Source: Nitrospirota bacterium (lineage in GTDB: Bacteria; Nitrospirota; UBA9217). Taken from it: a stretch of DNA of 64,000 nt. Below the pieces are notes generated by a model, which had not been told where the DNA came from, made no database searches, and saw nothing but the letters and a program-made list of their open reading frames with translations. Below are positions 54,345-63,893 of the stretch, in pieces. Made by a program: the position numbers and the translations under genes. Each line of letters begins with the position of its first letter. The first letter of the stretch is position 1. The stretch is taken from NCBI GenBank assembly GCA_963840455.1, contig CAWIYV010000007.1, positions 482,838 through 546,837 of the forward strand, read 5' to 3'.

Positions 54345-54657
54345 GTCTGCGGAACATTACAGAGAACAGAGAGCTTCAACGTTGCCTGGTGCGCAAGGTA
54401 AACGACATTAGGAATGACGCCCAAGGCAGAGAATCAAGTTTCCGTGATGGGTAGTTCCACGATCAGAGTGTTTGCCACCGTATTGCTGACAGGACAGAGA
54501 AAGCATGGAGGTACGGAGCGGATTCAGACGCATGCACACGAGCAGAGGGAAGAGGAAGACACGAGCGTGAACACGATGGCGGAAACACGGCCGCCAGGCG
54601 GTTAGATCCACCCCTGTCGAAAACCGTGGATTGGCTCCTTTCAGGATATTTTGATCA

Positions 54658-55875
54658 TCATCGAAGTTTATCAGCAACGCGCTGCCCCGCCTGCAGCGAC
54701 TGGTGAAGCGCTCGGGACGAATCAGGCAATAGATAGAGATTATCTATCGAATTGGGAACAGGGAGTTTCACGGCGCTCAGCGGATCAGGTAACGATACCG
54801 TAACCTCTTTCGGAAGAGCATACTCTCGCGCTTGATGGTCTTGCTCATCGGCTATGACGATAAAATCGGAAAGGAACGGAATTACTGACTCAATATGCTC
54901 TCGGAGCCTTTCCCGTGATGCTCCCAGAACGGTAAGCGGCATCGTTCCTTCCGGAGCACCACTGTTGCTCCTGTCGTGCGGAAGTGCCAGGATCACCGTG
55001 TCTTCCGGCTTACCATAATCGGGCAGGTAGATCACCGTCGATGCCATGCCGACGGGAATGACCTCCTCCCGGACACTGATGAACATTGTATGCTCCTGCG
55101 GCTGCCAGGCGGTATTGATGACGATCGATCGCGGTTCGATGGCCCCCTGTGGCGTCTTGACAGCTGATATGCGGCGGCGCCGGAAGATCAGTTCAGGCCA
55201 CGGCTCTCGCAGACGTAGGTCGCCCTGGTGCTCTCCAAGGGCGGAAAGCAGACGTTCGGCGATAGGGCCGAGACCTCCTGGGAATGTCCGGGGCGGAGCG
55301 GTCAGCAACAAGACCAGAGAGGCTAGGGGTAAGTGCCGGATGCTCTGCCCGAAGAAGAAGCGTGATTGCACATCGAAGTAGGCGGTGAGCTCCCGGCTGA
55401 AACGGCAGGATCGAAGGTACGCATCGGCTGACCGATGTCCGAGAATATAGGAGGATAGAACACTCTTGGAGGCCTTTAGGGCAAGCCTGTTCGCATCATC
55501 GTAAAGCCATGAAAGCCTGTCGATCTCACGGGGGAACTCGCGGCGCAATTCAGCCAGCATCTCGTGGACGTTGGGCGAGACGGTAATACGCCGGTCGGGC
55601 AGGGCCACCTGGAACCGGGATGCTGCCGGGATCTGGTCCGGGGAGAGGCCGAGACCTGTGAAGAATGCCTGGGCAGGACTGCCGGCTTCAAAGCCGTAGC
55701 CAATGTTCGGACCGGCAATGAACCGGAACCGGTCTTTCACCCGTTCCGCTGCGGCTCCCCCTGCCTTTTCTCCCGGATCGACGACAATGACCTTTTTGCC
55801 TGCCTTCGCCAGCAGGGCCGCTGCGTACAGACCGGAGATCCCGGCCCCGATGAACGCTACATCGTATTTCGGCAC
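54658..55875 (-). CDS. NAD(P)/FAD-dependent oxidoreductase (phytoene-desaturase/amine-oxidase-like fold)
   Basis: YDVAFIGAGISGLYAAALLAKAGKKVIVVD dinucleotide-binding motif. GTG start at 55875 preceded by GGAGG. Confidence 0.75.
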   Translation of the reverse strand: MPKYDVAFIGAGISGLYAAALLAKAGKKVIVVDPGEKAGGAAAERVKDRFRFIAGPNIGYGFEAGSPAQAFFTGLGLSPDQIPAASRFQVALPDRRITVSPNVHEMLAELRREFPREIDRLSWLYDDANRLALKASKSVLSSYILGHRSADAYLRSCRFSRELTAYFDVQSRFFFGQSIRHLPLASLVLLLTAPPRTFPGGLGPIAERLLSALGEHQGDLRLREPWPELIFRRRRISAVKTPQGAIEPRSIVINTAWQPQEHTMFISVREEVIPVGMASTVIYLPDYGKPEDTVILALPHDRSNSGAPEGTMPLTVLGASRERLREHIESVIPFLSDFIVIADEQDHQAREYALPKEVTVSLPDPLSAVKLPVPNSIDNLYLLPDSSRALHQSLQAGQRVADKLR

Positions 55876-55892
55876 ATCACCCTCCGCACAAC

Positions 55893-55931
55893 AAAAAAAG
55901 GAAACAGGACCGTTGTCGGAATCCTATTTCC
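55893..55931 (-). terminator. Rho-independent terminator downstream of pnp
   Basis: Minus-strand RNA GGAAAUAGGA-uuccgacaacgg-UCCUGUUUCC-UUUUUUU. A 10-bp stem (one G-U pair), 12-nt loop and 7 U, located 38 nt after the pnp stop. Confidence 0.75.
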
Positions 55932-55968
55932 TTGTCATCATGGGGTTTCTGCCCAGAGGCATCAGGTG

Positions 55969-58065
55969 CTATTTTGCTTTTCCCTGTTCCCGCATGGCTT
56001 CCTTCCGGGAGAGGCGGATCTTGCCCTGACGGTCGATCTCAAGCACCTTGACCAGCACTTCGTCGCCTTCTTTCAATTCATCGGTCACTTTTTCCAGGCG
56101 GTGCTCCGATATCTGCGAAATATGGAGGAGTCCGTCGGTGCCGGGGAATATCTCCACGAAAGCGCCGAAATCCATGATCTTCCGGACCTTGCCCATGTAG
56201 AGCTTGCCGACCTCGGCGTCCTGAACGATTCCCTTGATGATCTCCTTGGCCTTGTTGGCGGCGGCCTCATCGGAGGAGGCGATGTTGATGATACCGCTGT
56301 CCTCGATGTCGATCTTGGCGCCGGTCTGCTCGACGATGCTGCGGATCACCTTGCCGCCGCTGCCGATGACGTCCTTGATCTTGTCCGGATTGATCTGCAT
56401 GGTTATGATGCGCGGAGCGTAGGGGTTCAGGTTCTTACGCGGCGCGGCAAGGGCCTCAAGCATTTTCCCGAGTATGTGCAGCCTTCCCTGCTTGGCCTGT
56501 TCAAGAGCGGTCCGCATAACGCTGATCGTGATGCCCTCGATCTTCATGTCCATCTGGAGAGCGGTGATACCCTTGCTGGTTCCGGTCACCTTGAAGTCCA
56601 TGTCGCCGAGGTGGTCTTCGAGGCCGAGGATGTCGGAGAGCACGATGACCTTGTCGCCTTCCTTGATCAGCCCCATGGCGATGCCCGCCACGGGAGCCTT
56701 GATCGGAACGCCGGCATCCATGAGGGACAGGGTCCCGCCGCAGACCGTGGCCATCGACGATGAGCCATTGGACTCGAGGATGTCCGACACGATCCGGATG
56801 GTATAAGGAAATTCCAGTTTGGACGGGACCATGGCCTTCAGCGCACGCTCTGCAAGAGCGCCGTGGCCGACCTCCCGCCTTCCCGGCCCGCGAAGGGGTT
56901 TGGTCTCCCCTACGCTGAAGGGCGGGAAGTTGTAATGGAGCATGAAGGTCTTGAAATACTCGCCTTCCAGAGAATCGATACGCTGCTCGTCCTCGGACGT
57001 CCCGAGCGTGGTCACGACCAGCGCCTGTGTTTCGCCCCGGGTAAAGAGCGCCGATCCGTGCGTCCGGGGAAGTAGACCGACAAGAGACGTGATCGGCCTG
57101 ATCTCGTCCGGCTTTCTGCCGTCTGCACGGGTGTTTTTTTCCAGGATGATCTTGCGGACCTCGTCCTTTTCGATATTGAAGAAGATCGCCGCGATCTGAC
57201 GTCCCCGCGTCGGATCATCCTCTTTCTTCAGTTTCTGTTTGATCTCATCGAGGAGGACATCGAGGGTCTTCTGCCGTTCCATCTTGTCAGGAATGATGAT
57301 CGAGGTCTTGAGCCGGTCAATGGCAAGGGCTGCAACCTGTTTTTCCAGTTCCTTGTCTATTTCCACGACCTTGACGGACCGCTTGGCCTTGCCTACCTTC
57401 GCGACCAACTCCAGCTGGAGAGCGACGATCTTCTTGATCTCGCGGTGCGCTGTCTCGAGGGCTTCGAGCATCTGGTCCTCGGAGAGTTCGCTGGCTCCGC
57501 CTTCTACCATCATGATGGCGTCGGCAGTGCCCGCGACGACGAGATTCAGGGACGAGGCTGCGATCTCCTTGAAGCCCGGGTTGATGCAGAACTTTCCGTC
57601 GATGTAGCCGACGCGTACCGCGCCCACCGGCCCGTTGAACGGGATATCGGAGATCGATACGGCCGATGATGACGCGATCATGCCCATAAGGTCCGAGGCG
57701 CTCTCGTCACCGAGGGACAGGACCGATGCAATGACCTGCGTGTCGAAATAATAACCGTCCGGGAAGAGCGGCCGGAGCGGGCGGTCGATGAGCCTCGAGG
57801 TGAGGATCTCCTTCTCGGTCTGCCTGCCTTCACGCTTGAAGAATCCGCCGGGAATCTTTCCCGCGGAGTAGGCCTTTTCCTGGTAATCAACGGTGAGAGG
57901 AAGGAAATCGACATTCTCCCGCTCAACCTTCGACGAAACGGCCGTCGACAGTACCACGGTATCCCCATACCGTGCCACGACCGCACCGCCTGCCTGCTTT
58001 GCCATGACGCCTGTTTCCAGGATAAGACGCTTTCCGCCTATTTCAGTCTCTACTGTTGTTGCCAT
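55969..58065 (-). CDS. pnp: Polyribonucleotide nucleotidyltransferase (PNPase)
   Basis: Two RNase PH domains plus KH and S1 (GKVRKIMDFGAFVEIFPGTDGLLHISQIS). 698 codons, downstream of rpsO. Confidence 0.95.
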   Translation of the reverse strand: MATTVETEIGGKRLILETGVMAKQAGGAVVARYGDTVVLSTAVSSKVERENVDFLPLTVDYQEKAYSAGKIPGGFFKREGRQTEKEILTSRLIDRPLRPLFPDGYYFDTQVIASVLSLGDESASDLMGMIASSSAVSISDIPFNGPVGAVRVGYIDGKFCINPGFKEIAASSLNLVVAGTADAIMMVEGGASELSEDQMLEALETAHREIKKIVALQLELVAKVGKAKRSVKVVEIDKELEKQVAALAIDRLKTSIIIPDKMERQKTLDVLLDEIKQKLKKEDDPTRGRQIAAIFFNIEKDEVRKIILEKNTRADGRKPDEIRPITSLVGLLPRTHGSALFTRGETQALVVTTLGTSEDEQRIDSLEGEYFKTFMLHYNFPPFSVGETKPLRGPGRREVGHGALAERALKAMVPSKLEFPYTIRIVSDILESNGSSSMATVCGGTLSLMDAGVPIKAPVAGIAMGLIKEGDKVIVLSDILGLEDHLGDMDFKVTGTSKGITALQMDMKIEGITISVMRTALEQAKQGRLHILGKMLEALAAPRKNLNPYAPRIITMQINPDKIKDVIGSGGKVIRSIVEQTGAKIDIEDSGIINIASSDEAAANKAKEIIKGIVQDAEVGKLYMGKVRKIMDFGAFVEIFPGTDGLLHISQISEHRLEKVTDELKEGDEVLVKVLEIDRQGKIRLSRKEAMREQGKAK

Positions 58066-58106
58066 GCACCCTCATTTCCGTAAGTACATCGATAGTGTTC
58101 GCCCTA

Positions 58107-58370
58107 TTACTTCCGCAAGCCGAGCTTGTCAACGATCTGACGATACCGTTCCAGATCATTGACGCGCAGGTATTCCAGATGACGCCGGCGCTGGCCGACC
58201 ATCTTGAGAAGGCCCCGCCGCGAATGGTGGTCCTGCTTGTGCGCCTGCAGATGTTCGGTCAGGTGGTTGATGCGCCCGCTCAGGAGCGCGATCTGAACCT
58301 CCGGGGAACCGGTATCCGAGGCGTGTCTGCGGTAGGTCGAGATCGTGTTCGTTTTCTTTTCCTTGTCCAT
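58107..58370 (-). CDS. rpsO: 30S ribosomal protein S15
   Basis: [48 protein letters not shown]. Strong SD (AAGGGGGGTGA). Confidence 0.95.
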   Translation of the reverse strand: MDKEKKTNTISTYRRHASDTGSPEVQIALLSGRINHLTEHLQAHKQDHHSRRGLLKMVGQRRRHLEYLRVNDLERYRQIVDKLGLRK

Positions 58371-58406
58371 CAGTCACCCCCCTTTCCATTAAGATTTAAG
58401 CATTGC

Positions 58407-58435
58407 AAAATATCATATTTACAAGTGCTTGTAAA
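58407..58435 (-). promoter_or_regulatory. Candidate rpsO promoter TTTACA-17 nt-TATTTT (with TG extended -10), overlapped by a 7-bp perfect palindrome
   Basis: Minus strand reads gcTTTACAagcacttgtaaatatgaTATTTTgc. The palindrome TTACAAG-nn-CTTGTAA at 58419-58434 overlaps the -35 and spacer. Confidence 0.45.
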
Positions 58436-58460
58436 GCATTTTATGCGATATCGGGAAAAT

Positions 58461-59345
58461 TCATATCAGGACCACTTCCGGCCTGAGAGACCCTTCCCGG
58501 GCCCTTGCCACGGCAAGCAGCCGGCCATCATGGCCAAGCAGCCGTACCGGTGCCCGCGGATCCTCAGGAGCGAAACCGGGCGGAGCGGAAACAGCGTTCC
58601 CGTGAGCAATGCGCCGGACGTCAGCATCATCGACGGTCAAGGCGGGAAAACCGCCGACCGCTTCCCTGAGCGGGATCAGCGTCTGTTCCGCCTGGCCGGC
58701 AGCAGCCCGCTCCGCGACCTGTTCGAGGGTCAGCGCCTGTTCCAGCCGGAAACGGCCCGCCCGCGTCCGTATGAGGGAAATAAGATGTGCGCCCATGCCC
58801 AGCCGTTCCCCGACATCAGCGCACAGGGTCCTGACGTAGGTTCCCTTGGAGCAGTGCACGGTGAAGCGTGCGATAGGGTCGGCATACTCGACGAGCCTGA
58901 CCGCGTGGACCGTAACCGGTCTTTTTTCGTGTTCCGAGAGGGTCCCTTTTCTTGCCAAGCGGTAGGACGGGACCCCGTTCACCTTCAGGGCTGAGAACGC
59001 CGGCGGCCGCTGTTGTATGCTCCCCTGGAAGGCGTTCAGCGCTTCCTGTAACTGCCCGATCGAAGGCGAAGAGTATGCCCTGGTCTCAAGGACCTTCCCG
59101 TCCGCGTCCTGGGTATCGGTCGTGCTGCCCAACTGCATTTCGGCGGTGTATTCCTTGTCGTCGGCCTCGAGGTAGCGTACGATCTTCGTTGCCTTGCCGA
59201 CGCACAGGACGAGGACGCCGGTCGCCAGCGGGTCCAGAGTCCCGGTATGGCCGATCTGCTTCTCCTGCAGGATCCTGCGGGCCTTGTTCACGACATCGTG
59301 AGAGGTCCATCCCTGCGGCTTATTGATGATGAGAACGCCGTTCAT
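58461..59345 (-). CDS. truB: tRNA pseudouridine(55) synthase
   Basis: NGVLIINKPQGWTSHDVVNKARRIL...GHTGTLDPLATGVLVLCVG. Confidence 0.9.
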   Translation of the reverse strand: MNGVLIINKPQGWTSHDVVNKARRILQEKQIGHTGTLDPLATGVLVLCVGKATKIVRYLEADDKEYTAEMQLGSTTDTQDADGKVLETRAYSSPSIGQLQEALNAFQGSIQQRPPAFSALKVNGVPSYRLARKGTLSEHEKRPVTVHAVRLVEYADPIARFTVHCSKGTYVRTLCADVGERLGMGAHLISLIRTRAGRFRLEQALTLEQVAERAAAGQAEQTLIPLREAVGGFPALTVDDADVRRIAHGNAVSAPPGFAPEDPRAPVRLLGHDGRLLAVARAREGSLRPEVVLI

Positions 59346-60331
59346 GGGGCGGGAACGGTATTCTTGCCGAGCTGTGCGTCAAGCTCCTGTCCCACCGCGG
59401 CAATGACTTTGTCCCGGACCGCCGGAAAGGTACCGTCGAGTACGCCGCCCGCCGCGTTCTTGTGGCCTCCGCCGCCGAGGGTTACGGCCAGTCCCGAGAG
59501 ATCGACACGGCCCTTGGCACGCAGACTGATCTTGTACTGTTCTGTCCCGATCTGACGGAACAGGACCGCCACCTCCACACCCTTGATGGAACGCACGAAA
59601 TTCACGAAATTATCGGTATCTTCCGCGGTGGTGCCGGTCAGGCGGTACAGCTCGTCCGTGACGAGCACCCACGCGATCCGTCCGTCCGGGCTCCGCTCGA
59701 TCCCCGAGAGGACCTTGCCGAGCAGGTCGATCCTCTTATAGGAAAAGGACTCGTACACATTCTCGGTCACGAGCCAGGGGTCCGCGCCTGCCTCGATGAG
59801 CGTCGCGGCGATCCGCATGCTCTCCGGCGTGGTGTTGGAATAGCGGAAGGAGCCGGTGTCGGTGAAGATGGCCGTGTAGAGGCACAGGGCCATGTCCTTG
59901 TCCATCGGGATCCCGAGATGGCTGACGAGACGGTAGACCATCTCGCCCGTTGCCGTGGCATCGGGATCGAGCCAGGTGATCGGCCACTCCGTGCGATTGG
60001 TCACATGATGGTCGATGTTGATCAGCGTCCGCGCCGGCCACGAGCCGTTAAAGAGACCGGTTCGAGGCGGGTCCGCGTCGAGGACCAGGAAGGCGTCATA
60101 GGTGCCGTTCACCCGGGGACCCGAGGTGATGCGGCCGGACCCGGGCAGAAAGCGGTAGATCTCGGGTACCGGGTCGAGGTTGTGGGCGGAGACCTTCTTT
60201 CCGGCCTTTTCGAGCGCCAGCATCAGCCCCAGCTGGGATCCCAGCGCATCGCCGTCGGGATTCTTGTGGACCGAGATGAGGACGGTATGACAATCCTGCA
60301 AGGCCGAGATAATATCGGCCAGTTCATTCAT
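59342..60331 (-). CDS. nrnA: DHH/DHHA1-family phosphoesterase (NrnA-like oligoribonuclease / pAp phosphatase)
   Basis: HKNPDGDALGS, DHH motif NIDHHVTN, and DHHA1 GGGGHKNAAG. The ATG at 60331 (MNELADIISALQD) is preferred over the upstream start at 60397. Confidence 0.8.
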   Translation of the reverse strand: MNELADIISALQDCHTVLISVHKNPDGDALGSQLGLMLALEKAGKKVSAHNLDPVPEIYRFLPGSGRITSGPRVNGTYDAFLVLDADPPRTGLFNGSWPARTLINIDHHVTNRTEWPITWLDPDATATGEMVYRLVSHLGIPMDKDMALCLYTAIFTDTGSFRYSNTTPESMRIAATLIEAGADPWLVTENVYESFSYKRIDLLGKVLSGIERSPDGRIAWVLVTDELYRLTGTTAEDTDNFVNFVRSIKGVEVAVLFRQIGTEQYKISLRAKGRVDLSGLAVTLGGGGHKNAAGGVLDGTFPAVRDKVIAAVGQELDAQLGKNTVPAP

Positions 60332-60698
60332 CGCCGGTCCCCTTCCCCCCATCCTTATCCTCGATGTCATGCAGAAGCTCCATGATATGGGCCCCACGCT
60401 CCACGGAATCGTCGTAGCGGAACAGGAGTTCGGGGACGAACTTCATGCGCATGCGCTTGCCGAGCTCGGACCGGATGAAGGGCGATGCGCTTTCAAGACC
60501 CTTGAGGGTCGACGCCTTATCGGCGCCGTACACGCTTACGAAGACCTTTGCGTTGCGCAGGTCATCAGCGACCTCGACGTCCGTCACGGTCACGAACCCG
60601 ATCCGGGGGTCCTTGATCTTTCGCATCAGGATATCGGCGATCTCCTGCTTCATCTGATCGCTGACCCGCTCTGCTCTTTTATAGGTCGGTTTTGACAT
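60324..60698 (-). CDS. rbfA: Ribosome-binding factor A
   Basis: RAERVSDQMKQEIADILMRKIKDPRIGFVTVTDVEVADDLRNAKVFVS. Confidence 0.9.
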   Translation of the reverse strand: MSKPTYKRAERVSDQMKQEIADILMRKIKDPRIGFVTVTDVEVADDLRNAKVFVSVYGADKASTLKGLESASPFIRSELGKRMRMKFVPELLFRYDDSVERGAHIMELLHDIEDKDGGKGTGDE

Positions 60699-60705
60699 GG
60701 ATCGT

Positions 60706-60987
60706 TCAGAATATCTCGATGTGGTAGTCCAGCAGGCTCACGTCCGGCACGGAACGCACCAGGTTCAACACATGGTCCAGCGTCTGGTTGAGGTGGGACT
60801 TGTCATTGCTCACGGCGGCTACTGCAAGGGAGGCCTTCTGCCAGAGGTCATTGTCGTCCACTTCAGCTACGGAAACGTTGAACTTCGCCCGGATGCGGTC
60901 CTTCAGGCTTTTGAGCGAATGCCGTTTGGTCTTTAACGAACCGCTCTCCGGGATATGCATCTCGATCGTGCAGACGCCGATGAACAT
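60706..60987 (-). CDS. DUF503-domain protein (YlxP-like)
   Basis: MFIGVCTIEMHIPESGSLKTKRHSLKSLKDRIRAKFNVSVAEVD. Conserved position between infB and rbfA. Confidence 0.8.
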   Translation of the reverse strand: MFIGVCTIEMHIPESGSLKTKRHSLKSLKDRIRAKFNVSVAEVDDNDLWQKASLAVAAVSNDKSHLNQTLDHVLNLVRSVPDVSLLDYHIEIF

Positions 60988-60993
60988 AAGGTA

Positions 60994-63537
60994 TTACAGC
61001 TTGGTTGCGATCTTTTCCACGACGAACGCTTCGATGATATCGCCGACCTTGATGTCATTGAAGTTCTCGATGCCCAGACCGCATTCGTATCCCGACTGGA
61101 CCTCGCGGACGTCGTCCTTGAAGCGCTTAAGCGAATGGAGCTTTCCCGTATAGATGACCACGTTGTCGCGAAGCACCCTGACCCCGTCGTTCTGGCGCGT
61201 CATCACGCCATCCAGAACGGAGCAGCCGGCAATGGTTCCGACCTTGGAAACATGGAACGTCTGGCGGACCTCGGCGTGGCCCAGGACCTTCTCCTTGAGC
61301 GTGGGCTCGAGGAGGCCTTCCATGGCAGCCTTGATATCGTCGATGATATTATAGATGATGTTGTACATCCTGATGTCGACGCCTTCGCGCTGGGCGATAT
61401 CGGCGGCCTTGGCCTCAGGCCGGATATTAAAGCCAATGATGATCGCGTTGGATGCGGCAGCGAGCATCACGTCGGTCTCGTTGACGGCTCCGACGGAACT
61501 ATGGATGACCTTGAGCTTGACGGCAGGCGTGGACAGCTTTTCGAGGGCGTCAACGATGGCTCCCGCGGAGCCCTGCACGTCGGCCTTGAGCACGATATTG
61601 AGCTCCTTGACGGTCCCTTCCTGGATCTGGCTGTGCAGGTCTTCGAGGGTCACCTTCTTCATCGCCGCCATCTCGACGGTACGCTGCTTGGCTGTGCGGA
61701 ATTCGGCCAAGGCACGGGCCTTTCGCTCCTCGTCAAGCACGATGAAGCGCTCGCCGGCGCTGGGGACACCCGAGAATCCGATCACTTCGACCGGCACGGC
61801 GGGACCGGCGGATTCGACGCGTACAGCCTTATCATTGTTCAGCGCACGAACGCGTCCGAACATGGTGCCGGATACGAAGACATCGCCCGGATGGAGGGTG
61901 CCGGACTGCACCAGGACCGTTGCTACCGGGCCCCGGCCCTTGTCCAGCTTTGCCTCGATGATCGTGCCGCGGGCCATCTTGTCGGGATTCGCCTTCAGTT
62001 CGAGAACGTCCGCCTGAATGAGGATCATCTCGAGCAGGTGTTCGAGTCCTATGTGTTTCTTGGCAGACACCTCGCAGAAAATGGTCTGGCCGCCCCAGTC
62101 CTCGGGGACCAGTTCCAGGTCGGAGAGCTCCTGCTTGACGCGGTCCGGTTTGGAATCCGGCTTGTCGATCTTGTTGATGGCAACAATGATGGGTACGCCG
62201 GCGGCCTTTGCGTGGTTCACGGCCTCGCGGGTCTGCGGCATGACGCCGTCGTCAGCGGCGACCACCAGAATCACGATGTCCGTGACCTTGGCGCCGCGCG
62301 CGCGCATGGCGGTGAACGCCTCATGGCCCGGCGTGTCGAGGAACGTGATCTCCCGACCCTTCAGGCTCACCTGGTAGGCGCCGATATGCTGGGTGATGCC
62401 GCCGGCCTCTTTGGCGACCACGTTGGCCTCGCGGAGCGCGTCCAAGAGCGAGGTCTTGCCGTGGTCTACGTGGCCCATGATGGTGACCACCGGCGGTCTC
62501 GGTATCTGCGATTCGGCGGTGTCCACCGCCTCCTCCAGCACGTCCTCGGCCGTTTCGATCGATGCCACTTCGGCCTTGACGCCGTATTCCTCGGCGATCA
62601 GGAGCGCTGCATCCATGTCCATGGTTTGGTTCTGCGTTGCCATGGTGCCCATCGTCATAAGCTTCTTGATGATGTCGCCGACCTTCTGCCCGAGGACCTC
62701 GGCAAACTCCTTGATCGTGCATCCTTCCTGGATCTTGACGACCTTTTTTCGCGGCTTCGTGATGTCGGTAATATCCGTATGGGGAACGAAACGCTCGTCC
62801 TTGCGGTGAATGCGCTTGCCGGAGGGAAGCGTCTTGAGGTCGGGCAACTTCTTGAACGAAGGCTTTTCGCGGAAATCCCGGTCACCCTTTTCGTCGGTCT
62901 TCTTCTGCCATTTTTTCTTTGATGGTTTTCCGCCGGGAGCAGGAGCGGGCACCGGCACGGCCGGCGGAAACAGAGACGGTTCAAGGACCGGCGCGAACGG
63001 CTCTGCTCCCCTGCGGCCGGAGAAACCCGGACGCTGTGGGGTGAAGCGGCCCGCAGGAGCGGGACCGGCAGGACGTGCGACCGTCCTCGGTGCTGCTCCC
63101 GGTGACGGGGCGGCCCCCGCCATCTGAGCAGGCTGTGCAGCGCCGGCGGATAGCTCGACCGGCTTCTCCACGCCTACCGGTGCGATGACCGGAGGCGCGG
63201 GCATGGACGGCTTGGGCGGAATGGGGGCCGGCTTGGGACGGGTTCCCGGTTTTTCCAGCGTCGAGGAGAACTTGCCGATAAGCGCGGCTGCTTTTTTCCG
63301 GCGTTCTTCAAGGGAAACGGCTACCTCGGCCTCGGTGGCGGCAGGCTTTTCCTTCTTGGTCTTTTCCTTTTCCTTCCGGACGGCCTTCAGCTTATCGATC
63401 AGGGACTTGGTCTCTTTGTCGTCCAGACCGCTCGTGGGGGTCTTCTCCTTGATCCCCATCTTGTCGAGGACGGCGATAAGGTCCTTGCTTTCGACCCCCA
63501 TTTTTTTTGCCAGTTCATGAACCCTGATCACGGTCAT
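60994..63537 (-). CDS. infB: Translation initiation factor IF-2
   Basis: [16 protein letters not shown]-terminus, Pro/Ala/Lys-rich variable region, G-domain [16 protein letters not shown]...DTPGHEAF...NKIDK. The ATG at 63537 is preferred over the TTG at 63558. Confidence 0.95.
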   Translation of the reverse strand: MTVIRVHELAKKMGVESKDLIAVLDKMGIKEKTPTSGLDDKETKSLIDKLKAVRKEKEKTKKEKPAATEAEVAVSLEERRKKAAALIGKFSSTLEKPGTRPKPAPIPPKPSMPAPPVIAPVGVEKPVELSAGAAQPAQMAGAAPSPGAAPRTVARPAGPAPAGRFTPQRPGFSGRRGAEPFAPVLEPSLFPPAVPVPAPAPGGKPSKKKWQKKTDEKGDRDFREKPSFKKLPDLKTLPSGKRIHRKDERFVPHTDITDITKPRKKVVKIQEGCTIKEFAEVLGQKVGDIIKKLMTMGTMATQNQTMDMDAALLIAEEYGVKAEVASIETAEDVLEEAVDTAESQIPRPPVVTIMGHVDHGKTSLLDALREANVVAKEAGGITQHIGAYQVSLKGREITFLDTPGHEAFTAMRARGAKVTDIVILVVAADDGVMPQTREAVNHAKAAGVPIIVAINKIDKPDSKPDRVKQELSDLELVPEDWGGQTIFCEVSAKKHIGLEHLLEMILIQADVLELKANPDKMARGTIIEAKLDKGRGPVATVLVQSGTLHPGDVFVSGTMFGRVRALNNDKAVRVESAGPAVPVEVIGFSGVPSAGERFIVLDEERKARALAEFRTAKQRTVEMAAMKKVTLEDLHSQIQEGTVKELNIVLKADVQGSAGAIVDALEKLSTPAVKLKVIHSSVGAVNETDVMLAAASNAIIIGFNIRPEAKAADIAQREGVDIRMYNIIYNIIDDIKAAMEGLLEPTLKEKVLGHAEVRQTFHVSKVGTIAGCSVLDGVMTRQNDGVRVLRDNVVIYTGKLHSLKRFKDDVREVQSGYECGLGIENFNDIKVGDIIEAFVVEKIATKL

Positions 63538-63587
63538 AAAATCCAATACCCCCAACAATTTTGATGCATCGGTAGCGACATTTTACT

Positions 63588-63893
63588 CTACAGATGCTTA
63601 TTAAGCAAGCCTTTTAATCTTTCGACCTCGTTCCCGACCGCATCAGCAAAGCCTTTTTCGAGGATGCCGACAACGCCGACGAGCTCGCGTCCCACCATCT
63701 GCCCCATCTCGTCCCGCGTGAAGAGCGTTGCCTGCCGCGAAGGAAGCGAGCTGCCGGAACATAACTTTCCCCGCGTCCCTTCCGAGACATCGCTGGCAAA
63801 GATGAGCATCTCTACCCGTCCTTTTTGCAGGGCATCATCGACAGCGGACGCCCCGGCGGCGAGACTTCCCGCCTTGACCGCCATGGTGAGCAA
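63588..63893 (-). CDS. L7Ae/YlxQ-family RNA-binding protein (the reading frame stays open upstream to the window edge)
   Basis: LLTMAVKAGSLAAGASAVDDALQKGRVEMLIFASDVSEGT aligns with my recollection of B. subtilis YlxQ (LLGLANRARKVVSGEDLV...LVLLTEDAS). The start at 63893 is TTG. The frame has no stop through nt 64000. Confidence 0.65.
   Translation of the reverse strand: MLTMAVKAGSLAAGASAVDDALQKGRVEMLIFASDVSEGTRGKLCSGSSLPSRQATLFTRDEMGQMVGRELVGVVGILEKGFADAVGNEVERLKGLLNKHL

Noticed and set aside
54421-54429. CCAAGGCAG, reminiscent of the 3' side of SRP (4.5S) RNA domain IV
   Set aside because: The partner motifs (GGUCCGGAAGGAAGCAGCC with GNRA tetraloop) are absent on either strand, and no closing helix could be drawn.
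54414-54605. 63-codon ATG ORF in the purine-rich spacer (and the 89-codon minus-strand ORF at 54408-54677)
   Set aside because: There is no properly spaced SD (TAGGA abuts the ATG). The sequence is highly charged and low-complexity, a by-product of the purine skew. The minus-strand ORF starts inside the oxidoreductase gene.
54596-54615. GGCGGTTAGATCCACC, resembling both an ops element (GGCGGTAG) and a tRNA/tmRNA T-arm (GGTTCGAATCC)
   Set aside because: An extra T breaks the ops core, and it is not upstream of any long operon. The T-stem cannot pair, and there is no acceptor stem or CCA context.
60955-62922. 655-aa ORF on the + strand opposite infB
   Set aside because: Shadow ORF. The IF-2 G-domain motifs are on the minus strand.
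62900-63260. Pro/Ala/Gly/Lys-rich repetitive coding stretch
   Set aside because: This is the normal low-complexity variable N-terminal region of IF-2, not a repeat element.
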